Positions 1 to 10,402 are shown, counted from the first letter of the stretch. The stretch is DNA of 64,000 bases from an uncultured Gemmatimonadaceae bacterium (GCA_963781585.1 CAWAGQ010000008.1:160001-224000), one strand, 5' to 3'. Numbers and translations are program-made. The notes: generated by a model not told the origin, from the letters alone.

Positions 1-485
1 GGCACCACACACAGATCCTGGAAAAGCAGGATCGCCACCACCACGCGGCCGTGCGTGGAGTCCAGCTCGCCGCGGTCGGCGTAGATCTTGAGGACGATCG
101 CCGTGGACGACAGGGCGATCAACGCCCCCCAGAGCACCGCGTGATTCACCGGCTCGTGCACCGCCACCGCCACCAGCGCGACGATCAGGATGGTGGCGCC
201 CATCTGGATCGCGCCGCCGCGCAGCACATACTTGCCCAGCCTGACGATGCGCGAGAGGGACAGCTCCAGACCGACCGCGAACAACAGCAGTACTGCTCCG
301 ACCTGCGCGAGCTCGTCTACCGTCTGGAGGTCCCGGATCAGTCCCAGCGCGTGCGGTCCGATCACGATGCCGGTGAGCAGGAAGCCCACCAGCGTCGGGA
401 CCTTCAGCCGATGCGCGACGATGACGACCGGAATCGCGACCGCGACCAGGATGACGAGGTCGCGGAGGAGGGGGATCTGCTCCAT
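1..485 (-). CDS. Monovalent cation:proton antiporter-2 (CPA2, KefB/KefC-like), N-terminal part; runs off the window edge
   Basis: Manual minus-strand translation from ATG at 485: MEQIPLLRDLVILVAVAIPVVIVAHRLKVPTLVGFLLTGIVIGPHALGLI...SSTAIVLKIYADRGELDSTHGRVVVAILLFQDLCVVP. SSTAIV and LLFQD are CPA2 motifs. Confidence 0.85.
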   Translation of the reverse strand, partial: MEQIPLLRDLVILVAVAIPVVIVAHRLKVPTLVGFLLTGIVIGPHALGLIRDLQTVDELAQVGAVLLLFAVGLELSLSRIVRLGKYVLRGGAIQMGATILIVALVAVAVHEPVNHAVLWGALIALSSTAIVLKIYADRGELDSTHGRVVVAILLFQDLCVV

Positions 486-499
486 GCGGGAAAGCTATC

Positions 500-628
500 A
501 GCGGACAGGCCGACAGCTAACAAGTAGAGCGGGCAGCTACCAGCGACAGACCGTCAGCTGACAAATAGAGCGGTCAGCCGCCAGCGGTCAGCAGTCCGGG
601 GTTGCCGAGTGCTGACCGCTGATCGCTG
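500..628. repeat. Degenerate heptamer repeats (AGCGGTC/AGCCGCC type) in direct and inverted orientation
   Basis: agcggtc-agccgcc-agcggtc-agcagtc at 569-596, inverted copies gctgaccgctgatcgctg at 611-628, and an imperfect ~32-nt duplication at 514 and 555. Confidence 0.6.
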
Positions 629-637
629 CCAAACCGT

Positions 638-670
638 CCGCCCCGGCCCCCGTTGCGGGAACCGGGGCGG
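638..670 (-). terminator. GC-rich hairpin, probable terminator of the LytTR gene
   Basis: Minus strand CCGCCCCGG-TTCCCG-CAA-CGGGGG-CCGGGGCGG followed by ACGGTTT, about 30 nt after the stop codon. Confidence 0.55.
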
Positions 671-702
671 CGAAGACCCCGAACGACGACCCGAGCCGGC
701 GA

Positions 703-1245
703 CTACGACGCCAGCAGCTTCCGAATCTCCGGAACCCGGTTCCGGAAATTCCTCGAGAGCGTCAGGCGCTCGCCGTTCCGCGTGATGATCGTGAAATCGC
801 CGGTGCGGCGCGAATGCAGCTCGCGCACCACGTCGACGTTCACGATCACCGAACGATGGATCCGCACGAAGCGGCTCGGATCGAGGCGCGCTTCGAACGA
901 CGTCAGTGTCCCCCGTACCGTGTGCACGGAATCGGCGCCGACTCCGCCGGTCACCGCCTCGCGCAGATGAAAGCGCACGTAGTTCCCGTACGCTTCCAGC
1001 CAGGCGACCTCACTGGTGTCGAGAAACAGGATCCGGTTGCGCGAGCGGACCGCGATCCGCTCGAGGGGCGCGCCTCCCCGCTCCGCGGGGGAAGGCTCGG
1101 GCATCGCCGCGAGCGCGGCACCCCGTCCATTGGGCTCGTTCACCAGCGAGAGCGGCATCCGGACGTCGTAATCGCCCGTGACTGTCGCTATCCCACCGGC
1201 CCTCAAATACGGAGCTCCAGATATCGACCGACCATTCAGGCTCAT
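703..1245 (-). CDS. Stand-alone LytTR DNA-binding domain protein
   Basis: WLEAYGNYVRFH...FEARLDPSRFVRIHRSVIVN...LSRNF LytTR signature; ATG at 1245 preceded by AGGAGGA; no receiver domain. Confidence 0.85.
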   Translation of the reverse strand: MSLNGRSISGAPYLRAGGIATVTGDYDVRMPLSLVNEPNGRGAALAAMPEPSPAERGGAPLERIAVRSRNRILFLDTSEVAWLEAYGNYVRFHLREAVTGGVGADSVHTVRGTLTSFEARLDPSRFVRIHRSVIVNVDVVRELHSRRTGDFTIITRNGERLTLSRNFRNRVPEIRKLLAS

Positions 1246-1541
1246 GAGTCCTCCTAACGAGTAGTGGGGTGCGACGTAGCGGAACGGGCTGTCCCATTCC
1301 GGTGGTGTACCCTCCCGGCACGGACGCGGGTCCGAGGCCGGTGAGGGCAAAGAGAGGATGTATGCGCGGTTGAAAAGTCATGGGCGAACGGTTCGACCCA
1401 TTCACGATAATTCCAATCAGTCGCATGGAGAGCGCCGGGGGGGGAGGGCGCGCACCATCACAACCATCGGACGGACTCGGCTGGGGCGAAACGACGCACC
1501 CCTCCTTCGGCACCGAAACCTGCTGCCGAAGACTGTGCAAT

Positions 1542-4500
1542 CTATCGCAAAATGTCCACCAGCTGACGCTCGGCCGCCGCCAGCGCTGCCCGCACCTGGC
1601 CCACCTGCGCCCGCTGGGTACTGGTCGGAGGATACAGGCTGCCTTGCTGCTCACCACTCCCGTTGAAGGCGTTGGCAATGCCGCCGAGCCGCCCCGCGGC
1701 GCCGCCGCGTCCACCGGCCACTTCGCGCGCGACACTCGTTAGGCGCTGGAGCATCGAGTCGGCGGCGGCCCGCTCAGCGCTCCCCTCGGCCGCCGCGTCG
1801 CGGCGCGCTGCCGCGTCGCGGGTCGCGGTCGCCACCCGCCGGCTGAACGCCTGCAGCCGCTGCTGCAGCGCGGCAACATCCATCAGGAATGTCTCCCGTT
1901 CCTTGTACTGCTGCAGCGTGAGCGGCAGCAGCGGATCGGGCCCGACCCGCACCGATGTGCGCGCCTGCGCTCCTTCGGCCGTCACCGTGACGGTGTACGT
2001 CCCCGGCGAAACGAACGGTCCGCGGGGACCGATGTCGTGCGGCAGCGCCGCGCGCTGCTCTGCTGCCAGACGTGCTGCTTCCGGATCGACCGCCCCGCGC
2101 CCGCCACCGCCCCCGCCCCCACCACCCCCACGTCCACCCCGGCCACCTCGACCACCACGTCCTCCTCCCACCTCGATATCGGCACCAGCCGCTCCACCCG
2201 TCTCTTCTGCCGCAACGAATCCACCGCTGAATCCCGCCGCAGCCGGCGGCTCATGACGCAGATCCCAGTTCACCCGGAGGAGCGTTCCCCCCACCCCCGG
2301 ACCGGTCAGCGTGCGCACCGACTGGCCATTGGCGTCGCTGATTGCTACCGAAACCGACTTCGCCGGCTCCTTGAGTACGTAGGTGATCAGCGCTCCCTCG
2401 GCCGGATTCTCGGCAGCGTACTCGCCCTGCCCCCAGTTGGAGTAGTCCGCCCAGTACTGCATGAGCGTGGCGGCACGCACCGGAAACAGGTGCACCCGTT
2501 CCGCGGCGACTGACGGGGTCCACGCCGCGAGCGGACTCGCGTCATCGAGGATCCAGATGCTTCGCCCGTGCGTCCCCAGGATCAGGTCCTTGGTGCGTGG
2601 ATGCACCAGGATGTCATCGTAGCGCGTGGTGGGCAGGTTGGCCGCGAGCTTCGACCACGACCGCGCCGTGTCGGTCGACAGGTACAGGCCGAACTCCGTG
2701 CCGGCGAACACCACCCGCGGCTGGCCCGGGTATTCGCGAACCGAACGTACCGACTGCGCCTCGGGCAGCCCCGCAACGACTTTCTTCCAGGTGCGCCCGA
2801 AGTCGGTGGTGCGGAAGATGTACGGTGCGAAGTCGCCCGACCGATGCCCATCGAACGACGCGTACGCCACGCCGCGACCGGCCGACGAACCCGCCACGCG
2901 GCTCAGGCTCGTCCCGTCAGGCACACCGCTCACGTTGTGCGAGACCTCGGTCCAGGTCGCTCCGCCGTCGCGCGACACCTGCACGTTGCCGTCATCGGTG
3001 CCCACCCACACGATCTGCCCATCCAGCGGAGACTCGGCGATCGTCGTGATCTCGCTGAACGACGATTCCCCGTCGTTCTTCGACAGCATCGCCTCGCGAC
3101 CGGACACCCCCATGATGCTGAGCGTATCGCGATTCACGCGCCGCGTAAGGTCCTTCGTTGGCGTCCAGCTGGAACCGTGGTCGTGTGAGATGAACAACCG
3201 GTTGCCACCCGCATACACCACGCCTTTGGTGTGGCGTGAGGCGAGGATCGGCGCCGCCCAGTCGAATCGATAGGCCGAGTCTCCGATCGCCGGCGTCGGC
3301 TTGATGTCGAGACGATCGCCGGTCTCGATGTCGACGCGCTGGAGATTCTGCTCGTCGCTGTTGCTGTACACCCACCGCGGCATGAACGGATCGGGCTGCT
3401 GATAGACGCCGTCGCTGAATCCGATCTGCTTCCAATCGGTGTTCACGATGCCGAGCCAGTGCCGGGTGGCGCTGGGTCCCATCCACGAGTGGTTGTCCTG
3501 CATGCCGCCGTACACCCAGTATGGATCCCGGTCGTCGGCGCCGATCGCGTAGAACTGGCCGATCGGAATGTTGTTCAGGCGGATGAAGCTGTTGGCGGCA
3601 TCCCACGACTCGAACAGTCCACCATCGCCTCCGAGATAGAGATGCTGCGGGTTCGTCGGATCGATCCACAGCGCGTGGTGATCGGTCTTGAGCCCCACGT
3701 CGTAGGTGGGCTGGGTCGGCGAATTCCGGAACGTGCGGCCGCCATCGTCGCTGATCTGGACGCCATTACCGAGGATGTAGACGCGCGCATCGTTGGTTGG
3801 GTCGATGTAGATCGCGCTGTAGTACATCGGCCGGGGATTGACCCGGCTCACGCGTGTCCAGCTCTCACCTCCGTTGTCGGTGCGATACGTGCCCGTCTCG
3901 GTGGCGTGCTCGATGGTGGCGAGGATGTAGTTGCTGTTGGTCGCCGACATCGCGAGGCCGATGCGACCCAGGGCACCCGCCGGAATCCCGTTGGTGAGAC
4001 GGTGCCAGGTGGTGCCCCCGTCGGTGGTCTTGTAGATCCCGCTTCCCGGTCCGCCGCCGTTGAATCCCCACGGCGTGCGCAACCTTTGATATGTGGCAGC
4101 GACGAGCGAGTTGGGATTGTTGGGGTCCATCACCAGGTCGGTCACCCCGGTGAGCGTGTCGACGAACAGGGATTTCGTCCACGTGCGTCCGCCGTCGGTG
4201 GTCTTGAAGACACCGCGTTCCGCACTCGGCTTCCAGAGATTCCCGAGCGCCGCGACGTACGCGACGTTGGGATCGGATGGGTGGAGCCGGATCCGCCCGA
4301 TCGCGCGGGTCTGTTCCAGGCCGACATGCGTCCAGGTAGCGCCGCCGTCGGTGGAGCGGTAGACGCCATCACCCCACGACGAGCTCTGTCGATTGTTCTG
4401 CTCGCCCGTTCCGACCCAGACGACGTTCGGATCGTGAGCAAAGATCGCCACGACTCCGAACGTGGCCGTTCCCTCATGATCGAAGACGGGGGTCCAGGTG

Positions 4501-4730
4501 GTTGCCTTGTTGGTCGACTTCCACAGTCCGCCTGACGCCGCGGCGATGTAGACGGTCGATGGGTCCCTCGGGAGCGCTTCGATGTCGTGGATGCGCCCGC
4601 CGAGCGCCGCGGGTCCAATGGATCGGAAGTGAAGGGAGTCGAAAGGCGATTGCGCGCCGACCGGGCGAGTGCCGGCCAGGCAGACACTCAGCGCGAGTGT
4701 CGAGCGGAGGCGAAAGGTGGCAGGACTCAT
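1542..4730 (-). CDS. Secreted BNR/Asp-box (sortilin/VPS10-like) beta-propeller protein, putative glycosyl hydrolase
   Basis: Signal peptide (MSPATFRLRSTLALSVCLA), FRSIGPAALGGRIHDI, and many S/T-x-D-G-G-x-T-W Asp boxes. Start taken at ATG 4730 because the upstream ORF extension is only the heptamer repeat. Confidence 0.85.
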   Translation of the reverse strand: MSPATFRLRSTLALSVCLAGTRPVGAQSPFDSLHFRSIGPAALGGRIHDIEALPRDPSTVYIAAASGGLWKSTNKATTWTPVFDHEGTATFGVVAIFAHDPNVVWVGTGEQNNRQSSSWGDGVYRSTDGGATWTHVGLEQTRAIGRIRLHPSDPNVAYVAALGNLWKPSAERGVFKTTDGGRTWTKSLFVDTLTGVTDLVMDPNNPNSLVAATYQRLRTPWGFNGGGPGSGIYKTTDGGTTWHRLTNGIPAGALGRIGLAMSATNSNYILATIEHATETGTYRTDNGGESWTRVSRVNPRPMYYSAIYIDPTNDARVYILGNGVQISDDGGRTFRNSPTQPTYDVGLKTDHHALWIDPTNPQHLYLGGDGGLFESWDAANSFIRLNNIPIGQFYAIGADDRDPYWVYGGMQDNHSWMGPSATRHWLGIVNTDWKQIGFSDGVYQQPDPFMPRWVYSNSDEQNLQRVDIETGDRLDIKPTPAIGDSAYRFDWAAPILASRHTKGVVYAGGNRLFISHDHGSSWTPTKDLTRRVNRDTLSIMGVSGREAMLSKNDGESSFSEITTIAESPLDGQIVWVGTDDGNVQVSRDGGATWTEVSHNVSGVPDGTSLSRVAGSSAGRGVAYASFDGHRSGDFAPYIFRTTDFGRTWKKVVAGLPEAQSVRSVREYPGQPRVVFAGTEFGLYLSTDTARSWSKLAANLPTTRYDDILVHPRTKDLILGTHGRSIWILDDASPLAAWTPSVAAERVHLFPVRAATLMQYWADYSNWGQGEYAAENPAEGALITYVLKEPAKSVSVAISDANGQSVRTLTGPGVGGTLLRVNWDLRHEPPAAAGFSGGFVAAEETGGAAGADIEVGGGRGGRGGRGGRGGGGGGGGGGRGAVDPEAARLAAEQRAALPHDIGPRGPFVSPGTYTVTVTAEGAQARTSVRVGPDPLLPLTLQQYKERETFLMDVAALQQRLQAFSRRVATATRDAAARRDAAAEGSAERAAADSMLQRLTSVAREVAGGRGGAAGRLGGIANAFNGSGEQQGSLYPPTSTQRAQVGQVRAALAAAERQLVDILR

Positions 4731-4823
4731 CTGTGCGAGTGGAGAAGGAGGGGTGGGGTCCTTGACGCTCGACGACGTGTCGGGGGGAGGCGGGGGCGAT
4801 AGTGCCGGAGATAGCACGAAAAG

Positions 4824-4909
4824 AGGCCGGAGGCCATAGGGCATGGGCCATAGGCCGAAAAGGCCAAAGGCCAAAGGCCAAAGGCCAAAGGCCAAAGGCC
4901 AAAGGCCAA
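4824..4909. repeat. Heptamer tandem repeat (AGGCCAA)7 with degenerate flanking units
   Basis: Seven perfect units at 4861-4909 abutting the nhaA stop codon; degenerate aggccat/agggcat/gggccat units to the left. Confidence 0.9.
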
Positions 4910-6259
4910 TCAAGGTGCGATCGTCGAAGCCGCGCGCCTCACCAGCCACCATCCGACCACGCCGGCGATGGACGAGGCCACAATGACGCCCGCCTTGGCG
5001 GCATCGAGCATCCGGCCCTCGCCAAAGGCAAGGTCGGCCACGAACAGCGACATGGTGAATCCGATGCCGCCCAGCCAGGCCGCGCCGTGCAGCATCGACC
5101 AGCTCACCCGCTCGGGCAGACGGGCCAGACCGGTGCGCAGCGCCAGCCAGCTGACGGTCAGGATGCCAAGCGGCTTGCCCACCACCAGGCCCAGTCCCGC
5201 GCCTAACGTGACCTGGCTGGTGACAAACTCGCCCGCCCCGGTCAGGGCCACACCGGCGTTAGCGACCGCGAACAGCGGCATGATTCCGTACGACACCACG
5301 CCGTGCAGCGCGTGCTCGAGGCGCAGCAGCGACCCCTGCACGCTCTCGCTGGCGATGCGCAGCGCGTGGATGGCTTCCTGTTGGCCCTTGCTGCTGAGCA
5401 CCAGCAGATCTCCCGTCTCGGAGCGATCGAACCCGTCCATCAGGCGCCGCACTCGCGTCGAGAATTCCGCCGCGTTGATCTCGGTGCGGGTGGGGATGGT
5501 GAGGGCGAGCAGCACACCGGCGATCGTGGCGTGCACGCCCGAGGACAGCAGGGCCAGCCAGAGCCCGACTCCCACCAGCAGGTAGGGGCCCAGCTGGCGC
5601 ACGCCGAAGACATTGAGCAGCACGAGGACGGCCAGCGCCAAGGCGGCAGCGGCGAGCGACAGCCAGTGGATGGCGGCGGTGTAGAAGATCGCGATCACCA
5701 GGACGGCGCCCATGTCGTCCACGATCGCCAGCGCGGTGAGGAAGACCTTGAGGCCCACCGGCACCCGCGCGCCGAGGATGGCCAGGACGCCGAGGGCAAA
5801 GGCGATGTCAGTGGCCATCGGGATGCCCCACCCCGCCGCGCCTGCGCCCCGCGCGTTCACCAGCGCGTACACCAGTGCCGGAACCACCATCCCGCCTAAC
5901 GCGGCGGCGATCGGCAGGGCCGCCTGGCGCGGAGAAGACAGCTCGCCGACCAGGAGTTCGCGCTTGATCTCGAGCCCCATCAGCAGGAAGAAGAGGGACA
6001 TCAGGCCGTCGTTGATCCAGTGTCGGAGGGTGCCGGTGAACGGGTCCCGTACCAGTCCGATCGCGAGCTCAGCATGCCAGACGCGGAAGTAGCTGTCGCG
6101 CCACGGCGAGTTCGCCCAGGCCAGGGCCAGCGCGGTACACACGAGCAGCAGGACGCCGCTGGTGGCACCGACCCGCGTGAATTCCTGGAACGGACGCAGG
6201 GCGTTCACCAGCAGACGCGCCGGGATGCGGGCCGCGGACCTTTTGCTCGGCTCGGTCAT
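4910..6259 (-). CDS. nhaA: Na+/H+ antiporter NhaA
   Basis: WINDGLM, GLEIKRE, GWGIPMATDIAFALG, LAIVDD and GIGFTMSLF motifs. Confidence 0.95.
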   Translation of the reverse strand: MTEPSKRSAARIPARLLVNALRPFQEFTRVGATSGVLLLVCTALALAWANSPWRDSYFRVWHAELAIGLVRDPFTGTLRHWINDGLMSLFFLLMGLEIKRELLVGELSSPRQAALPIAAALGGMVVPALVYALVNARGAGAAGWGIPMATDIAFALGVLAILGARVPVGLKVFLTALAIVDDMGAVLVIAIFYTAAIHWLSLAAAALALAVLVLLNVFGVRQLGPYLLVGVGLWLALLSSGVHATIAGVLLALTIPTRTEINAAEFSTRVRRLMDGFDRSETGDLLVLSSKGQQEAIHALRIASESVQGSLLRLEHALHGVVSYGIMPLFAVANAGVALTGAGEFVTSQVTLGAGLGLVVGKPLGILTVSWLALRTGLARLPERVSWSMLHGAAWLGGIGFTMSLFVADLAFGEGRMLDAAKAGVIVASSIAGVVGWWLVRRAASTIAP

Positions 6260-6279
6260 TCCGGCAACCTATCGCGCCA

Positions 6280-6355
6280 GCGCCCGAAATTGGCGCCCGA
6301 AATTGGGGTCAGACTCGAGTTACCGCACAATTCGAGTCTGACCCCAATTTCGGGC
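6280..6355. repeat. REP-like palindromic element (24-bp perfect inverted repeat)
   Basis: gcccgaaattggggtcagactcga (6295-6318) and its reverse complement (6332-6355), overlapped by a 13-bp tandem duplication gcgcccgaaattg at 6280 and 6293. Confidence 0.8.
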
Positions 6356-6415
6356 CAGTTTCGCCGGCTCTCGCTCTCGCCGGCTGATCGAACGTCACTG
6401 TGCCGGGTGCCGGCG

Positions 6416-6952
6416 CTAGTGCCTGTCCGGCGCTCCCTTGGACGACTTCGCGCTCGATGCCGCCTGACGATTGGCGGTCAGGAAGTTGAGGTCGAAGACG
6501 TCTCCCTGATACATGGCCTTCTCGCTCGAGGGGGTGCCACCGAACCACCGGATCAACGCCACCTCGAACTCCCGCGACGGATGGTCGTGGGGCAGCTTGG
6601 GCATCTCGCGCAGACCACTGCGGGAAAGGGTAGGGAGCAGCACGATGTCATCCTTGGCATCGATGCGGGCCCTCCCCACGGGCACCAGCACGTCCCACGC
6701 CACGGTCACGTCGGGGCCAACGGCTTGGGGATCGATCTTCACGTCGAGGTAGCGCAGTTCGTGCGCCGAGCAGTCCATGAACAGGCGGTCGACTTTCCCG
6801 ATCTCCGTCCCGTCACTGGACCGGACCCTCCAACCACGCACGTCAGGCGCGTCGTGCAGCTGGACGTCCTTCATTTCGCGGAGGGGGGCCACATTGGATG
6901 ACGAAGATGATTCGGATCCCGGGGTGTTCGGCGTTCGCGCGTTCTGGGTCAT
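6416..6952 (-). CDS. PRC-barrel domain protein
   Basis: PDVRGWRVRSSDGTEIGKVDRLFMD...LRYLDV...VLVPVG; AAGGAG upstream of ATG 6952. Confidence 0.85.
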   Translation of the reverse strand: MTQNARTPNTPGSESSSSSNVAPLREMKDVQLHDAPDVRGWRVRSSDGTEIGKVDRLFMDCSAHELRYLDVKIDPQAVGPDVTVAWDVLVPVGRARIDAKDDIVLLPTLSRSGLREMPKLPHDHPSREFEVALIRWFGGTPSSEKAMYQGDVFDLNFLTANRQAASSAKSSKGAPDRH

Positions 6953-7502
6953 CGCGGATCTCCTTTTGGCAAGGGAATAGGCCAAAGGCCATAGGCCTTA
7001 CGTGCGATGGCGCGTTCCGCGGCCAGCTGACCGACGGCAACCGTCGTCGACGCGCTACCTCGCGGATTCCACCACGCGCGCACTCAAGACAGGGTGCGCG
7101 AAGCCAAGGGGTGCTGCCGCGGACCTTCTCTGCCTTCGTCTGGAGACATCAGCGCACTGCTGCAGAGAAGCGACCGCGATTCGCGGGGAGCGCTGCGACC
7201 AGGGCTCGGACCATCGCACGAACGGGGTCTACTCGCACAGTACCGCGACGGGACATCATTGTCAACACATTCACCAACAATGAGTTAGCGTACCATTGAC
7301 GCCGCCGGCACGCGAGCGGATGAGCTGGGTGTGAATATGCGGCCGCGAGTGTGCCCGCCTGGCTGGCTCGCGCCATGTTCGCGACGCAGCTCGGCGGCGA
7401 CCTGGTCCAATCGCATCGATCTTGATGATCCGTGATCCCACCGATAACGTCGCCTTGCACGTTGCACCCCGGATCCCGTTGAATTCTGCCGGAGGCCTCT
7501 GC

Positions 7503-8963
7503 ATGCGACGATCCTCTCTCGCTGCGCGGCTGCTTGCCGCGACGGTGACCTCACTCGCGCCTCCCGTCCTGCTCGCCCAGAGCATGTCGGTGGACGTCGA
7601 GAGCGGGACGTGGGCGCTCACCAACGCGCGGATCGAGACTGTCACCAAGGGCACGATTGCGAAGGGCACCATCGTCATTCGGAATGGTGTGATCGACGCG
7701 GTCGGTGACAATATCACGCCACCGCCCGATGCCCGGGTGATGGATCTCTCCGGCAAGACTGTGTATCCGGGTTTCATCGATCTCACGTCGACGATGGGGC
7801 TGACGGCGGAGACGCCGGCTGGTGGACGGGGTGGCCGAGGGGGGGGCGGGTTGAACCTCCCTCCCGGTGTGACCCCCGAGATGGTGGCGGCCTTTCTCGG
7901 TCAGGCACCAACGCAGCAGGAGGGCCCGCGGAATGTGGGACTCGAGCCAGGGCGCGAGGTGGCCACCGAGATCAATCCGTCGGCGAACGATGTGCGCGCG
8001 GCGCGTGACCAGGGAGTGACTGCGGTGCTGGTGGCGCCGGGGCGCGGACTGTTCCGCGGCCGGTCGGCACTGGTCCCGATGCGGGACGACACCGCGTCGC
8101 ACTGGATCGTGAAGACCCCGGTGTCGCTGAGCGTGGGTTATCAGGGCGTACCGGGCCAGTACCCGGGGACGCTGCTGGGTGTGATCGCCTATCAACGGCA
8201 GTCTCTCTACGACGCCCGCCGGCACGCCATGGTCCTGGACCGGTACAAGGCGAACCCGCGCGGCATGCCGAGGGAGGAGTACAATCCCGATCTCGACGCG
8301 CTGGTGCCGGTGGTGCGTGGCGAGCTGCCGATGTTCATCGCGGCCAGCAACGAGAATGAGATCCGCCGCGCGCTGGCCCTGGCGAAGGAGTTCGACATCA
8401 AGGCGACGGTGGTGGGCGCCACCGAGGGATTCGAGGCGATCGATGCGCTCAAGTCGGCGCGGCCGCCGGTGGTCTCGGTGAACTTTCCCGATCCGCAGCA
8501 GGTGACCGGATGGGACTATGCTTTCGCCACGCGCCCCGGGTTTGCGATGGACAGCGCGGCGCGGGTGGCGGCGGTCCGGAAGGACGTGGAAGGAAACGCC
8601 GCGGCGCTGAACTCGGCCGGCATCAGATTCGCGCTCGCCTCGGGCGGCCTCGCGCCTAACGCATTCATGACCAATGTGAGGAAGGCGATCGCGGCGGGGC
8701 TGCCCCGCCAGACGGCGCTCGAAGCGCTCACCATCCGTCCGGCGGAGATCGCGGGGGTGGACCAGCAGCTCGGGAGCATCGAGCCCGGCAAGATCGCTGA
8801 CCTGGTCATCACCGAGGGAGACGCATTGACCGACGGCGGGCACGTTCGCACCGTCTTCGTCGACGGGATCGACTACACCGTGGTACCGGCGCCGGCTGCT
8901 GGCGGTCGGGGCGGCCGCGCCGGCGGCAATTCCATACCTCCGAATCCACAGGAGAGACCATGA
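7503..8963 (+). CDS. Secreted amidohydrolase-family protein lacking metal ligands (triad subunit 1)
   Basis: ALTNARI...VYPGFID (no HxH) and GSIEPGKIADLV; signal peptide; GGAGG RBS. Confidence 0.8.
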   Translation: MRRSSLAARLLAATVTSLAPPVLLAQSMSVDVESGTWALTNARIETVTKGTIAKGTIVIRNGVIDAVGDNITPPPDARVMDLSGKTVYPGFIDLTSTMGLTAETPAGGRGGRGGGGLNLPPGVTPEMVAAFLGQAPTQQEGPRNVGLEPGREVATEINPSANDVRAARDQGVTAVLVAPGRGLFRGRSALVPMRDDTASHWIVKTPVSLSVGYQGVPGQYPGTLLGVIAYQRQSLYDARRHAMVLDRYKANPRGMPREEYNPDLDALVPVVRGELPMFIAASNENEIRRALALAKEFDIKATVVGATEGFEAIDALKSARPPVVSVNFPDPQQVTGWDYAFATRPGFAMDSAARVAAVRKDVEGNAAALNSAGIRFALASGGLAPNAFMTNVRKAIAAGLPRQTALEALTIRPAEIAGVDQQLGSIEPGKIADLVITEGDALTDGGHVRTVFVDGIDYTVVPAPAAGGRGGRAGGNSIPPNPQERP

Positions 8964-10402
8964 CGCCGATGAGCATGTCTGACGGCCGGGGCGGCGTCCG
9001 TTGGGGATCGCGCCCGATATCCTGTTTCACCTCCCGCGCGGTGGCGACGGCGTTCCTGTTCGGCGCGTCGGTCGGATGGGCGCAGGATGCGCCGCAGGCG
9101 GCCGGCGGCTTCGATCCCCTGACGCTGCCGACGCCGGCGGCCGGGACCCTGGTGGCGATCACCCACGCCAACATCATGACCGCGAGCCATGGCAACATTA
9201 TGAACGGCACGATCCTGATCCGGAACGGCAAGATCGCCGAGGTCGGGACCAACGTGCAGGTGCCGGCGGGCGCGAAGATCATCGACGCCACCAACAAGTG
9301 GGTCACGCCGGGTATCATCGACGAGCATTCGCACACCGGCCCGGAATCGATCAACGAGGGCACGCAATCGATCACCGCCGAAGTCCGCATCGGCGACGTG
9401 CTCAAGGAGGATGGGATTTCCTTCTACCGCCAGCTCGCCGGCGGCACCACGACCATCAACGTGCTCCACGGGTCGGCCAACACCATCGGCGGGCAGAACC
9501 AGGTGATCAAGCTGCGGTTCGGCCTCCCGGTGGACAGCATGCGGCTGGCCGGCGCACCCCCAGGCATCAAGTTCGCGTTAGGCGAAAACGTGCGGCAGAC
9601 CACCCGCGCCGACAATACCCGGTACCCGCGCTCTCGCATGGGACAGGAAGACGTGCTTCGCGAAGCCTTCACCCGGGCCCGCGAATACCAGCACGAGTGG
9701 CAGGCCTACGACAAGGCCAAAGCTGATTACGACAAGACGAAGAAGGGAGCGGCACCCATCCCGCCGCACAAGGACCTGGAGCTCGACGCCCTGGTGGAGG
9801 TGCTCGAAGGGAAGCGGCTGGTCCACGCGCACTCGTACCGCGCCGACGAGATCCTGATGCTGCTGCGGGTGGCGAAGGATTTCGGGTTCCGGGTCGCGTC
9901 GCTGCAGCACGTGCTGGAGGGCTACAAGATCGCCGACGAGATCGCGGCAGCCGGGACCGGCGCCAGCACGTTCGCCGACATGTGGGGCTACAAGGCCGAG
10001 GCCTGGGACGCCATTCCCTACAACGCGGCCCTGATGGCCGAGCGCGGCGTAAACGTGACCGTCAACTCCGACAGCGATGAGCGGGCCCGCCGGCTGAATC
10101 AGGAGGCAGCCAAGGCGATGCGGTTCGGCGGCGCGTCGGAGGAAACGGCGCTCCGCATGATCACCCTCAACGCCGCGATGCAGCTCGGCATCGACAAGAT
10201 GGTCGGGTCTATCGACGTGGGGAAAGACGCCGACATCGCGATCTTCAGCGCGCATCCGTTCTCGCCGATGGCGCGGGTGGACATGACGCTGATCGATGGC
10301 CGGGTCTTCTTCGACCGCAACACGGCACCGACACTCGAGTGGCTGATGCAGCAGATGAAGGCGAAGGGCAAGATCGCGTCCGATCTGGAGGGTGGGCGAT
10401 GA
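8960..10402 (+). CDS. Secreted amidohydrolase with intact metal-binding motifs (triad subunit 2)
   Basis: PGIIDEHSH, KFALGEN, HAHSYRADE, QHVLEGY, NSDS, GSIDVGKDAD; ATGA overlap with the upstream gene. Confidence 0.88.
   Translation: MTPMSMSDGRGGVRWGSRPISCFTSRAVATAFLFGASVGWAQDAPQAAGGFDPLTLPTPAAGTLVAITHANIMTASHGNIMNGTILIRNGKIAEVGTNVQVPAGAKIIDATNKWVTPGIIDEHSHTGPESINEGTQSITAEVRIGDVLKEDGISFYRQLAGGTTTINVLHGSANTIGGQNQVIKLRFGLPVDSMRLAGAPPGIKFALGENVRQTTRADNTRYPRSRMGQEDVLREAFTRAREYQHEWQAYDKAKADYDKTKKGAAPIPPHKDLELDALVEVLEGKRLVHAHSYRADEILMLLRVAKDFGFRVASLQHVLEGYKIADEIAAAGTGASTFADMWGYKAEAWDAIPYNAALMAERGVNVTVNSDSDERARRLNQEAAKAMRFGGASEETALRMITLNAAMQLGIDKMVGSIDVGKDADIAIFSAHPFSPMARVDMTLIDGRVFFDRNTAPTLEWLMQQMKAKGKIASDLEGGR

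Noticed and set aside
1360..1410. AlgR-like CCGTTCG box upstream of the LytTR gene
   Set aside because: Only one good match, and no convincing correctly spaced direct repeat.
4731..4952. N-terminal ORF extension encoding LWPLAFG repeats on the BNR gene
   Set aside because: Translation of the stop-free heptamer repeat; it overlaps nhaA, and the signal peptide begins at ATG 4730.
7000..7500. Long intergenic region checked for a riboswitch or ncRNA
   Set aside because: No recognisable conserved motif; consistent with a divergent promoter region.
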